From assembly GCA_951406725.2 (NCBI GenBank), contig OX597814.1:52576001-52640000 (forward strand): 64,000 bases of DNA. Reading direction: 5' to 3'. Of the stretch, positions 12,501 to 25,915 are shown one piece after another (the stretch's first letter is position 1; every line of letters begins with the position of its first letter). This stretch comes from Octopus vulgaris. Taxonomy: Eukaryota. Below the pieces are notes generated by a model. The model saw only the letters and a list, made by a program, of their open reading frames with translations. It did no database searches and had not been told where the DNA came from. The translations under genes and the position numbers were made by a program.

Positions 12501-14397
12501 CACTACCACCACCACCACCACCACCACCACCACCACTGATACAACACAACCACTATAATACTCACTAACAGTAATACCACCTCCACCATTATTACCAACA
12601 CAACCATAAATGCTATCATTATAGTAATAACAAATAATAGATCTTCATGTATTTTGTTGATGAATATTCGGTTGTTCGATTAACTAAACTACCTGTTTGT
12701 GAATTAGCATGTAAGTGGTTGAGTATTCTATAAACATCTACCCATAATGTAATTAATACTCAGATGGAATCAGTGAGGCATCAGATGCAATAAAGGTGGA
12801 CCTATGAAACACATGTACAAACCATCCAAGAAATTTCCATAGTTTCTTTCAATCCAATTTCACTCACAAAGCTTGGGTTGACTCAAGGCTATGATAAAAG
12901 ATACTTGCTCACGACACATCTCAGTGAAATTGAACCCAGGACCTTATAATTGTAAAGTGAATTTCATAAGCATTTAGCTTTGCTGTATTCTTAATGCTGC
13001 AGTTACTTCTAACATTTTCATCATCAACACAATTTAGAGTACCAACACACCAACACTAAAACTAATACAACCAACATCAGCACTACTAACTCTTTAATGA
13101 CCAACCAGCAGCAACAATAGTACCAAGATAGCAAAGTCAAATGTCAATATGTCAATATCTTTGTCTACATATGGATGGTATATGTCAAAATTTATAACTA
13201 CTTATGGGGTAATGTTACAATGTAATGAAGTGGGTGCTTTGATGTGTGTGTGTATCTGATGGGAGGCAAGAAAAAATAAGTGCTAGAAATAGAGGAATCA
13301 ATATCTTTGTCTGTATCTTTGTGTTTTTACTTGGTCCCCACTATTGCCTGACAACAGGCGTTGGTGTGTTTACATCCCTGTAACTTAGTGGTTCCACAAA
13401 AGAGACCAATAGAATAAGTACCAGGCTTAAAAAAAAGTACTGGGGTTAATTTATTCAACTAAAAATTCTTGAAAGCAGTGCCCCCAGCATGGCCACAGTC
13501 TAATGACTGAAACAGTAAAAGATACATAAAGAATTTCATTTTCTTAATCGTAATTTACACATTTGAGATGTATTAAGATAGTTAAAACGAAACAATGCTA
13601 GATTGGACACAGAACTGGTTATGTCACTAACAAGAAATTAGAATTTGCTCACTCTCACATTGCTCTGTATTTTGATTTGGCGATTGGCAATATCCCATCC
13701 TTTTTTTAATGGAAAGCTTCATTTTACCAATAAATCAGAAGATTGATCTTGTTTTATAGATAGTTTATTTCTCCATATTATATAATGAAATACCGTGCTG
13801 ACATAGGAAATATGTACATTTTCTCCCTTTTATTGTGTTACAGAAATAAAAATTCTTTGTGCCAGCCACAAATTGATGCATTAAAAATAATACTGTATGT
13901 TGAGTGGATTTCCAGGTGAAAACTGGGCCTTGCTTATACAGGAACTGAACATTTTCTAAACTCATTATAAATGTATTGAAATGCATTTTCATCTTACAGT
14001 ATTTCCCTTATTACCTTTTAATTTATAAATAAAGATTTTTAGTTCAAATCCAGTCAGGGACTAAGCACACATTTAAGAATAACTCAACAGATGACAGGAA
14101 GGAATACACATTGAAATTAGGGTATGCTTCTTCTCCAAATTGAGATTGATAATTTGTAAAATTACAATCTTTTAGAAACAATATGTTAGTGTGATATTTC
14201 ATTTATAGAGCTGACATCTCACTGTGATATTTTGGTGATGCCAGTGTGTAGATGGGTTAAAATCTTGACAAATATGTACATAGGAAGATGTTCTTGGTCT
14301 CTTTTTCCACATATACATATTTATAAATATGTATGCACACACACATACACACACACACACACCTGAGTTTATATGATTGTGTACAGAAGAATATATT

Positions 14398-14675
14398 AAT
14401 GAAATTCCAACTTAGTCTGATTTTCATGTTTTATTATTTACAGTTTTTACAATTTTACGATCTTGGAATAAACTAGTACTTTCATGCATTATGCAACCAC
14501 CAGGTTTATGGCAGTGGCAGTCATGTTCCACAATTAAGACAGTTGTCAATTATGGAACAAGACTGTTACTGTATAAACCTGATGGTTGCATATTGCATGA
14601 AAGTAGTAGTTTATTTCAATATTGTAAAATTGTAAATAATAAAACATGAAAATCAGACTAACTTGGAATTTCATT
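14398..14675. repeat. Long fold-back palindrome (about 135-bp arms) with hammerhead-like core, probably inverted PLE pLTRs
   Basis: The arm aatgaaattccaacttagtctgattttcatg... matches ...catgaaaatcagactaacttggaatttcatt. Right arm 14579-14602 is ctgatgg-ttgca-tat-tgcat-gaaa. Confidence 0.8.
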
Positions 14676-14703
14676 GATTAGTGTGTGTGTGTGTGTATGT
14701 GTG

Positions 14704-14914
14704 TTTACTCTTTTACTGGTTTCAGTCATGTGACTGTGGCCATGCTGGAGCACCACCTGTAGTTGAGCAAATCGACCCCAGGACTTATTCTTTGTAAGCC
14801 TAGTACTTATTCTATCAGTCTCTTTGCCGAACTGCTAAGTTACGGGGATGTAAACACACCAGCATCGGATGTCAAGCGATGTTGGGGGGGGGGGGCACAG
14901 ACACACAAACATAT

Positions 14915-14945
<31 letters not shown>

Positions 14946-15114
14946 CATATATATACGACAGGCTTCTTTCAGTTTCCGTCTACCAGATCCACTCACAAGG
15001 CTTTGGTCGGCCTGAGGCAATAGTAGAAGACACCAAGGTGCCACGTAGTGGGACTGAACCCAGAACCATGTGTTTCATAAGCAAGCTACTTACCACACAG
15101 CCACTCCCACACCT
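14704..15114 (-). mobile_element. Full-length tRNA/CORE-type SINE (family A)
   Basis: Reverse complement of the copy at 53520-53921, with tRNA head, internal TA/TG microsatellite and aagagtaaa tail. Confidence 0.85.
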
Positions 15115-15412
15115 ATGGGTGTATTATCTACACATAATGCATTTGCATCTATGCATACTCAAATAAACAATAGTTTCTAGTTGCTAGTCTTTCACACCAA
15201 ACACAAAACATAGTATATGTCACATTGCTAACATCATGGGATATATCTTGTTGCATTTGTTCATCATATTGAGCAAGTTTCTTGCTATTCAACCTCAGAC
15301 CAACCCTGATCAAACAACCCTATGACAATCTCATCATATTATTTTCAGCTTTAGTACATGGTGGACCAAAAGTCACACACCAAAACATTTGACATTTTGT
15401 TTATATTACAGT

Positions 15413-15720
15413 CATCATCATCATCATCATCATTTAACGTCCGCTTTCCATGCTACCATGGGTTGGATGATTTGACTGAGGTCTGGTGAACCAGACTCCA
15501 ATCTGATCTGGCAGAGTTTCAACAGCTGGATGCCCTTCCTAATGCCAACCACTCCGAGAGTGTAGTGGGTACTTTTACGAGCCACCGGTACAAGGGCCAG
15601 TTTGGTGGTACTGGCAACGGCCATGCCCAAATGGTGCTTTTTACGTGCCAACTGCACAGGAGCCAGTCCAGCATATTTCACATGCCACCAGCACAAGTGC
15701 TAGTAAGGCGATGCGGTAAC
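15413..15720 (-). mobile_element. SINE family B with (GAT)n tail, RTE-like 3' end
   Basis: catcatcatttaacgtccgctttccatgct.catgggttgga recurs at about 24637, 51632, 35941, 10070 and (+ strand) 36650-36880. Confidence 0.75.
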
Positions 15721-17199
15721 GATCAAAAACAGTAGGCTTTCCCATCCACGTGGGACTCGAGCTTTCACCTCTTTGCCATAACGACAAGTATGTTAGCATT
15801 TCATTTTATTTATCATGTACAATTATGTGTGTATTCATCATTATTTTATCTATTTTATTCAATTTTAGAAGAATTGATGCATGTCTTTGACAATTCTGGA
15901 ATGTATTGAACTTCTTTTGTGTGTGACTTTTGACTCACTCTGTATATCTAAAAATGACTTATCCAATGTGTTCCCTTTTGTTTTAGATGGTTGGATGTGA
16001 GGTTCAGTGAAACTTGTCTTTGCTGGTCTCATTTATGCAATGTTGCTAATGATATGGATGTCTCTTTCTATTTAATGTGAATTGATCTGTAGCTAATTAT
16101 GATATGTAGATACTGGCCATAGAGTTACTGGCACTCCAGGTGAGCTGCTGAATTTTGGTACCATTACAAGTATAATTATAAAACTGCAAATGAAGTAATC
16201 CAGGTTGTTTAATATTTTCACATTTTTTTCCCTTTGTATTTTTCGGAAGATCTGAAACACATAATGTGGTGAGTTCTAGCAAAATGTTTGTTATAGGCAG
16301 GGGTTGTGAAAGAGGGCAGGGAAATTGTCCGACACCATAGCAAAGAAAAAGAATTATAAAGATGAGAAATCTATTTTGTCTTAACACTGATAGTGAGAGT
16401 AGAGGATCAAAAAAGTTTCTCCTTTCTTTTTTGTGGCATTTGGTATTTGACAGTTTAAGATGCCCTGGCCTTGTATTCAGTATCCCGGCAACCACTTCAG
16501 TTGTCAACACTTTCAGTGTGGTATGTTGTCTTGTTATTTACATATATTGTATCGTGCTTGTATTAATGTGCATCTAGGAATACATTACCTAACATATTCT
16601 TCCCTTTATAACACAGTAGGATGGGATTTGGGAGGAGATTTGACTGTTATTTCTATCAGGCTGAATAATTATTTACAGGTTCTATCATTTTTCCATTTTT
16701 AACATGTGCTGTGTTGTGCTGTCATTAACAATAGATATATTCTGATGTTAATAATGAAGATTATGTAGTCTTAGTTGACTTCTGCCCTATTTTATCACTG
16801 TTGGCATGACAGATTTGTTGTTACCTAGATGTAAGTCTGGTCTTGTTGTTATGTTTGTCTCTCACAACAATTGATGGAAAATATATTGTTCTTTTAGTCC
16901 AGGTTGTCCTTGAACCAGCATACCAAAAGTGTTCTGTGATAACCTCTATTTTTGTATATCAGGGACTACATTGTTCAGTGTATCCTTAATATAAGATAAT
17001 TGGATATGATTTAAAAGACATTTGGCTGTTATTTCTAGTAGATGGAACAACTATATAAATGCTCCTTTGTTAGTGCATAGTGTTGGCTTTGATGAGGAAT
17101 TTGTTCTGTTGCTGTTACAAGGTAAATAATTCACAAAAATATACAATAACTAGTTCAACAAGGAACATTTATATAACATAAATGGCCTGTAACTTAAGG

Positions 17200-19130
17200 A
17201 GTATTCTAACTCATTGTAGTGTTATAGTCTTTCCTGTCTTCTCAACCACCTACTACAAACTATTCGGCCACATATTCTGCTATATATACACAGAAGAAGA
17301 GTTCATTTGTATTAAGTTTCCTATTTTTCTATAACAGTCACCTCTCCCTGAGGTGTAAGGGACCCTTTCACTACTGATTTGATCCTGTTTCATTTGTTGT
17401 CTATGTCACCATCAACACAGGTACTTCTAAGACCAGGAAAGACACCAGCACTATAATAGACACCATTGCTATCATTTCTTCCTTGTTTCAAGAGGTTCAA
17501 TTTAAGTCTGCTTTGGTTTGTATTATTCAAAGTTCCAATGCCATTCTTTGTAACAAGACCAGTGTTGCTTCCAACTTGTATCACCAAATTTGCAATTCTA
17601 GTGTTGAACTATTATATGTTCTTTTTCAACATATCTGCTCTTCTGTGAAATAAGACACAGTCAAAGGTGCATGAATCTGACAATCATCAAAGCAGGACTC
17701 AGAATAGCTGAGTGATAGCTAAAGCAGAAACGACTAAAATTTTAATTGTTTGAACCATTTTATTGTGGATGAGTTGGGAGCAGTTTATAAAGGATACAAC
17801 CAGTTTTTGTCTCCAGGAGTTATGAAATTCTGGGACATTATCCAAAATAAAAAAACCTACAAAATTCAAAATATGAAGGATGTATATTTTCTTTCAATTC
17901 AATACTTACAATTTTTAAGTATGGTATCTTCAACATCATCTACAATAGAGTCAATTAATCTTGGCTTTCGGTATTTAGTTTTTCAGTTTCAGCGAGACCA
18001 TGATTTTAATTGTTTGTAGACTATATAAAATATAAAGACAAAGTTTTAATCTTTGATTGATAAAACTGGCAAAGTTGTAGATGGTTTTTAAGAAGCTTTG
18101 GTTTACCAATGAGTATTTAAAAGCTCTTTAGAATTAAGTAAACCTTGCTACCAGTATCTTCTGGCATATCTAATCTGACATTATTCAGTTTAACTTGCAG
18201 TAAGATGGTTCTTTCATTGCCTTTTAGTGTACATACATTAATTTTTATGTCAGATACATCCTCCTCAATTTGTTCCGCATATTCTACACTCCTTTTTAAA
18301 GCTATAAACTAACTGAAAGTGGTTCTTTTTGTTGTACAATTTACCTATCTTTTTAAGTGTAGGACATTTCCATTTGATAAACACATTATTATAACCACAA
18401 ACTTTGCAATTAGAAAATTTATCCATTTTAGTTATGTGGTAGACATCAACTATAGGCTCTGTTTCATAAGAAATGTCAACTTTGTTAAAATGCTATATCA
18501 TTTTCTGTTGTTATATAAAGTTCACATAAGCATTGAAACTTATTTCTCAAATATAGATCCTGCAACAGCCTTGTTCTGTGTGATGTCTGATAAACTCTCT
18601 CAATGAGTCTCATTTGTATTAGTTCATTTTTAGTACTTCACTTAATTTGATCAAGCTTATCAAGCTCACAAAAGCAAAAATTTCAAAAGGGGTACCAATG
18701 TTTGATGCAGAGACATAAACTTGGTTCATTTGGCAGTGATCAACTTCTTTTTAGGCCCAGCATTATTACAGTCTGATAACTGTCACTGAAACAATTCTTC
18801 CAGTTGCATTAGATAGATCATTAACATTACCTTTAATATAATGTCATTATCAGTCTTAATAAGTATAAATCTGTGATCTCCTTTGGACCACCAAGTACAT
18901 TATTATCTTTCAATTACTTTGTTCACAAGATGGCTGCAAAATATCTTAACTCTGCTTCAACAAGGTCAGAATTAATCAACACCAATCTGAAATGGTATCA
19001 ATGACACCACTTGTTACATGGTGAATAACTCACAAAGATACATTTATATAACAAATAAGTGATAATATGTAACAGAAGGTTGAATATAATTTCATTGACT
19101 GTTGAAAATTCAGAGACACTTTGACTCATC
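17200..19130 (-). mobile_element. Highly degenerate Gypsy-like LTR retrotransposon internal relic
   Basis: Minus-strand fragments: knuckle-like CKVCG..KCP..NHF, protease-like VKLNNVRLDMPEDTGSKVYLI, integrase-like TAPTHPQ.NG. Many stops and frameshifts; no LTRs recognised. Confidence 0.45.
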
Positions 19131-19201
19131 AAGCTGTAGTCACTCCTGTCTTTTCATCCACCTCCTACACATATTTTGCTATATATATATGTATATATAT
19201 A

Positions 19202-19253
<52 letters not shown>

Positions 19254-19446
19254 ATAAAAAGAGGAATTTATTCATTCTGTTTCATATTTCCCTATAACAT
19301 CTTCACAGTTGCTCTTGTGGGATTTATAAATTAACTATTATCTGAGCTACATAATGTTTTTATTGATTGTTGCCGTATCCTATTAATATTGATGTAATTT
19401 CTGTTGTGTTGCTATTATATAGCTTTTGTTCTGCTGGTTTTAATAT

Positions 19447-20230
19447 ACTGAGTTGGCCAAAAAGTCCATTTGGTTTTTTTTTTTTTGGTGAAAATAAAAC
19501 AAGTTTCAAACACAGTGATTTATTCAGTCAATGATACAATTAACATTTTGTTCCAGTATCTTCTGCCATCGTGTAGGCAGATCCATTATTCTCTGCTCAA
19601 AAAATTTTCTGGTTTTCCTGGCAAAAGACACTTCCAAGCGAATTTTTACATCCTCTTCAGATTTGAAGGTCTGTTCATTGAATGAATTTTGAAAAGACTG
19701 AAACAGGTAGAAATCTGAAAATGCAAGGTTGGGTGAATATGGTGTGGCAAAACTTCCCAGCCAAGCTCTAGTAACTTCTGTTTCTGCAAAGAAGTGTGTA
19801 GTCAGGCATTGTCATGAGGAAAGACAATGCTCTTATGATTAGCAAGCGCTGGATGCTTCTGGTGGATTGCTGCATTTAACTTGTCTGATTGGTTCACAGT
19901 ACACATCCAAATTGATGGTCCTGTCCATGGGAAGAAGCTTGTAAAAGACAACACCCTTCCAATCCCACCAAATTGAAAGCATAAACTTTAGGTCAAGTCC
20001 TGCTTTGGAGTTTGTTTGTGATGGTTTACTGTGCTTCCCCAATGATCATTTGCACTTCACATTGTTATAGACAATCTATTTTTCATCTGACACCATTGTC
20101 TTAAAAAAAAAAGAATTGTCTTTTTTCACATTTTCATAATGAATTGCAGATGGGAATCCATTGGGTGAGGCTAGCTTCATTCAATTGTTGAGGGTCCCAA
20201 ACATCAAGCCTACTGACATAACCAAGTTGA
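19447..20230 (-). mobile_element. Mariner transposase remnant truncated by a PLE
   Basis: TIR-like tactgagttggccaaaaagtcc at 19447. Minus strand DEK.IVYNNVK, FMLSIWWDWKGVVFYKLL, FPHDNA, PNLAFSDFYLF. Confidence 0.85.
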
Positions 20231-21431
20231 TGCAGTGGGTTAGGCTGAGGATAGGGTAGGTAGGGTGGGGTGGGATGGATAGGGAAGGTGGGGTTGGATT
20301 GTGTAAGAGAGTGGGGTTACAAGGGAAGGGTGACGATGAAGAAGGAAGGGAGGTGGGTAGGAGAGAAGAGAGAAGGAGAGTAGGAGTGAAGAGAAGAAGT
20401 AGGAGTTGGAACAAGTGAGAGGTGGGTGGGAGGAAGTAGGTGTGAGGGGGAGAGAGGGGAGGAGAGTTGAGCCCATGTGGTGCAAAGGAGCAAAGATAGA
20501 AGATTAATCCCTGTTCATGGCACAAACACAGACAGGTAGAGCGGAAATGGCACGAGACTGGGGTGTCATTGCTGAGTTGGATGTCTCAGAGGTGTTCCGC
20601 AAACCGGTCAGCCAAGCGGCGTCCTGTTTGCCCAATGTATAGAGAAGGGCAGAGAGAGCAGAAGATACAGTAGATGACATTGGTAGAAGTGCAGGTGAAG
20701 GAGTTGGTAATGTGATATATATATGCTGGTGAGGAGGGCGGTGTTGGAGAGGTAAAGGCAAGTGCAGCAGCGTGGGCAGGAGCAGGAGAATGAGCTGGGT
20801 TGGGAGGTTGGGTTAGGGAAGAAGCTGTGGACCAAGAGGTCTAGTAGGTTGTGGGCTTGTTTGAATGAGGGGAGGGGTTGGTTAGGGAAGATGTGCAAAG
20901 TGGCGGAGTCACCGGAAGGCTCAGAGAATGGTGTGTTGGAGAGGTAGGGTGGTGGGGTGGTAGGTGAAGGGAAACAGGAGATGGTGGGGTAGGTGTGGGG
21001 GAGACAGCAGATGCACAATCCATGGAATGTACTCAGTATGGATAGTGGTGAGGGGATATCCATGTAGGGTGAAGTGGCGAGCCATGAGTTGAGATTGAGT
21101 CTCAATGTCATGGTCATCACTAAAGAGTCTGCATAGATGGAGGAATTGGGAAAGCTTGGTGTGCTTAGGGTGGGAGGAGAAGAAGTTGAGGTGTGAGTGT
21201 GTGTTTGTAGTAGATGGAGGAGGTGAGAGTGGAGTGATGAATGCTGACCAAAATGTCAAGAAAGGAGACAGAGGTGTCAGAGATAGTGCAGGAGAAGTGG
21301 GGGGCAAGATGAAAAGATTTGACAAGGAGTCTAGATGTTCGTGGGGCGTGACGTTGCACTGATACAGTCTCCAATATAATAGTCATATAGTTCGGGAGTG
21401 GGACCAGTGAAACTTGAGAATATTTGGGCCT

Positions 21432-21432
<1 letters not shown>
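20231..21432 (-). mobile_element. Penelope-like retroelement remnant (RT C-terminus, thumb and GIY-YIG)
   Basis: Minus strand VSFLDILVSI..LTSSIYYK, SSHPKHTK.SQFLHLCRLFSDD, and NVIYCIFCSLCPSLYIGQTGRRLADRFAEHL at about 20700-20590. Confidence 0.9.
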
Positions 21433-21464
<32 letters not shown>

Positions 21465-21475
<11 letters not shown>

Positions 21476-21622
21476 TGTATAGAGGGCATTATTACACATA
21501 AATGCCTCACACTTTGAAGAACTGCATTAGGTATGATTAGTGTAATTTTGGTACTAATGACTTTGTCCCTCTTAGTGTGAGGCATTTATGTGTAATAATG
21601 CCCTCTATACAATATAAATATA
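21465..21622. repeat. Perfect 49-bp inverted repeat with 60-bp spacer
   Basis: 21465-21513 is the exact reverse complement of 21574-21622; embedded in (TA)n next to the PLE. Confidence 0.9.
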
Positions 21623-21742
21623 ATTAATTTGTTCAAAAGGAAAATAATTATTTTCGAATTCTTTTCTCTTATGAGGTTTTTCACGCTAACTACCTGATAA
21701 TTTCTTGTTAAGATTCCTTATTAAGAAGTTATCCTTAATTGT

Positions 21743-21790
<48 letters not shown>

Positions 21791-21889
21791 TATATATTTA
21801 CGTACAAACATACCCATAGATACATACATATTTCATGTGTTGAGAAGGGTGTATTATTGCAGCAGTTCATATTATTCTTTGTATATAAT

Positions 21890-23530
21890 TACTAGCAGAG
21901 TTACACAGCATTGACTGTGTTACATGCAATTGAAGAATTAGACTTTTCTGTTATATTTTCTCTAATGAACTGGAATACCTATGATTCGAATTTCATCAAA
22001 ATTGCAGATGAGGGTTCTTTCCCTCTTTACACACCCTAAAAAAATTCTAATCATGACACATGTATCCCATACTACTGATCTTTATGCGCAGAATCCAAAA
22101 TTCCAGTCTTATGGAACCTGTTAAAAGGATTTTGCTCCTGAAAAAATGGATGCCATGGAGCTCTAAAACGTGGGAGTTAAGGCCCTTATGTGGGGTTGTG
22201 TGTCTTAATGTCAACCAGAGAAGTTGAATTGTTGGAATCTTTTTAACTTGGGTCTTATATGTCTTGTTCGAATTCCTTTGAAATAGGAAATATATGTATG
22301 TTCACTGGATTTGTAAAAGAGAGCAAAGCTACAGGAAACCAAAAGATGAATGATCACAATAAGCAGTCAGCTACCCTACGCTAGTTGTTACTACTCCCCA
22401 ATGCAGGATTCCTTACCATACAGGTGACAGGTACAGCCGTAACATGCATTACAGATCTGTAGCAATTGGAAGGGCATGATCCAACTCAAACATTAACATT
22501 TGTGTGACATGATGGCTAAGGGGAAGTGAAAGTGTCACATCTGGAGTTTGCAAATGACCACTAAACTGATAGGTAACTGGACAGAATAAATTTACAATCT
22601 GTAAATGTCTTTCAATAACCAGTCTCTCATCTCGGAAGGCCTTGAAATGAATGTTACCACCGGGAGACTATGTGTGACCCAGTGATAATAAAAAGACTCA
22701 AAGGAGGTCTGCAACCAAATAACTTTACTCAACACTTTGCAACTGAATCAGTGGAGGCAAAGATGCTTCTCACTTGACAATTTATGCACCACATTGCAGA
22801 ATGTGTATATCTCAAAGCAAACTCTTACACTGTTATACCACTGAATTACAAATAATGCTCATCTTTTATGCTTGGGTGACCCTATAGCTTAGATAAAAAT
22901 GACTAAATTGTGGATGTTAAGTCCCCAAGAACTTTTTAACTTCTAAGAAGATAAAATTTTTATAAATATTACTTCATTTGTGTCTAATATCTATAGTTAA
23001 AATTTCATCAACAGCAAAAATATATGAATTTTCATGGGGGTTATGGCCCTTATGCATAGAATATAATTTCCAAATTTCATAAATATCCATTCAGTACATT
23101 TAACCTTGTTTTGGATCATAAAAAATGACTAAAATTTGGGAGCCAAGGCTCCCATTAGGAGATCTTAGAATCATCATGAGAAGTGGAAACTTTGAGAATA
23201 CTTCTTGATGTGTGTCAATTAACCATGGTTGAAATTTCATCAACATCGAAAATTTATGAATTTTCATGGGGTTCTGCCCCCATTAAGCCATCTCAAATTC
23301 AAACCAAACATACTGCATTATACCCACCTTTATGCATTGAATCTAAGTTCCAAATATCATAAGGATCCATTCAGCAATTTTGGTCCAAGAAATTGTATGA
23401 AACTCACAGGATTACCCTTCTCACTAGGCTTGGATTTTGTGTTCCAAATTTCATTAGGACCGGCGTAGTTTTTGAATATATAAATAACACACAAACACAC
23501 ATAAAAACATTGACTTTTATATAATAGATA
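21890..23530 (+). mobile_element. Helitron/Helentron-like element with internal tandem repeats and possible PIF1-helicase relic
   Basis: Starts actagcagag (compare actagcagca at 61400) and ends tttatataatagat. Repeated aaatttcat units at 22850-23460; weak FA.MTT-NK-like remnant near 22547. Confidence 0.4.
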
Positions 23531-23566
23531 TGAATATACACATATACGTACATGTATATGTGTGTG

Positions 23567-23620
<54 letters not shown>

Positions 23621-24228
23621 ATTATATATAAATATATATATATATACATATACACACACAAAAAGATAGATTGATAGATGCAACTGAGTGGGCAAACAAT
23701 ATGAGACACTGCCTAGTGCTTTTTTTTTTATTTTGATAAGCCTGGTACTTATTCTCTCAATTTCTTCTTGTGAAACCAGTAAGTTATGGGGATGTAAATA
23801 AACGAACAACAGTTGTGAGTCAATTATGAGGGAGAAACTCAGAGACAAATACACACACATACACTTACATATATACATACATATACGATTGATTTCTTTC
23901 AGTTTCTGTCTACAAAATCTCCTCACAAGGCTTTGGTTGGTCTGAGGCTATAGCAGAAGACACATGCCAAGTCACCACACAGTGGTACTGAACCCCGGAT
24001 CATGTGTTTTGGAACCAAGTTTCTTACCATACAGCCACACCTGCACCTATGTATATGTGTGTGTATGTATGTGTGTGCATGGGTGTATATATGTGTACAT
24101 ATTACATGTACATCTATATATATACATCTGCACATACATCTATATCTATATACATACATCTATACATATACAGCTATCCATATACATGTATGCATATACA
24201 TCTATATATATATATATACATGTATACA

Positions 24229-24462
24229 TATAAGAGGAATGGCCACTAAGTGGACGTTCATTATACTAGAAGTAGACCCCATATGGTTTGACCACTAAGA
24301 AAAGATTGTTCTCAAGAAAATTCAGCATACATATATACATACACATATATAATATATATGTATTGCTGAATTTTCTTGAGAACAATCTTTTCTTAGTGGT
24401 CAGACCATATGGGGCCTACCTCTAGCATAATGGATGTCTACTTAGTGGTCATCGCTCTTATA
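24229..24462. repeat. About 100-bp-arm inverted repeat around a TA/CA microsatellite
   Basis: gaccactaagaaaagattgttctcaagaaaattcagca matches tgctgaattttcttgagaacaatcttttcttagtggtc; outer arms carry several mismatches. Confidence 0.88.
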
Positions 24463-24786
24463 CGTATGTAATATAATTTTTCTGAATCTTCAGATTTTTC
24501 AATATGCAAGGTCACTGTTTTAAATTGATACTAAATCAAATCAATATTCAGTTTTTCACCCTTATTATTTAAATTTATATACATGTATATATACACATCT
24601 ATACACACACACACACATATACACATCTATATATAATCATCATCATCATTTAACGTCCGCTTTCCATGCTAGCATGGGTTGGATGATTTGACTGAAGACT
24701 GGTGAACCAGATGGCTGCACCAGGCTCCAATCTAGATCTGGCAGAATTTCTACAGCTGGATGCCTTTCCTAACGCCAACCACTCTG

Positions 24787-24877
<91 letters not shown>

Positions 24878-24899
24878 ATATATATATATATATACTTTT

Positions 24900-25100
24900 T
24901 TCTCTCCTTCTTTCTGTGCTTTTTCTCTGTGTATCTTTCTGTTGAAGAGCGTAGGCTCGAAACGTTAAAGACTTGTTTTATTCATATTTCCTGAGCGCCA
25001 TACTAATACAATTGTTTGTTTGTATTCCACCTGCCTTCGTCTTTTGTTTATTTCCGTAAACCTACCTTCGTCTTTTGTCTATTTTCATAAAGCTTCCCGT
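24900..25100 (+). mobile_element. PLE pLTR-like fragment with hammerhead-like core
   Basis: ctgttga-a-gagc-gtag-gctc-gaaacgtt (24939-24966), followed by cctgagc..taatac, homologous to the minus-strand copy at 51860-52060. Confidence 0.6.
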
Positions 25101-25915
25101 TATATATACACATATATATACAAGCATACATAACATATATATATTATAGTATGTATGTATGTATGTATGTATGTATGTCTGCCTGTATATATGTGAGATA
25201 ATAGTTTCAGTATTAAAGTGAAAATATCTGACATTACAATAGAGAGATGTTATTGTTTCACTTTTGATACGTAATACTGGAATAGTGGAGGAGATATGAT
25301 TTTGCTCTGGGCTCGCACTAGGCAAGAAGATAAAAAATTTTTGGTCTATGACACTACATGGACCCTAAGTAAGGCATGTGTAAAATTTGAATGAAATTGG
25401 TTGTGTAGTTCTCAAGTTTTAGGGATTCACACAGACAGACACATTCTCATCTTTATATATATAGATTTATATATAGAGATAATAATTATACACAAACATA
25501 TATACATATTCATATAAACATGTGATATGTTTTCTGTTGAGGGCTTTAGACAAAAGTCCACAATAAGTGGGTTAGAATTTATATCAATACTTGTGATATT
25601 AGTTGGTACTACAAGTTGTAAATTTCCAGGTATTAATCAATATACTTTATTATTTTCCGTTAGTTTTTGTTTATCGAGTAGCTGAAATCCTGCGGGAAGT
25701 TGGGAGGGGGTTTTGGTCAGTCCCGTAGTTTAATTGGTTATCTGTTGTTTTGAAAGGCCATGACTTTGTTATGGTTGGTTAATAGATAACCGTTAACATA
25801 AAACAAATTAGGCAAATATATATATATAGATAGATAAAACAAAAACAAAAGTGGTTGAATTCATATATATATATATGAATTATAGGTTAAGTGATATTAC
25901 TAAGGGGATATTGTT

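Noticed and set aside
16097-16620. 137-aa minus ORF with knuckle-like FLCYGVGQFPC
   Set aside because: Too degenerate to call; probably a retroelement gag relic, not a host gene.
22850-23460. CRISPR-like or regularly spaced repeat array
   Set aside because: Eukaryotic context; the units are irregular, diverged TE-internal repeats without unique spacers or cas genes.
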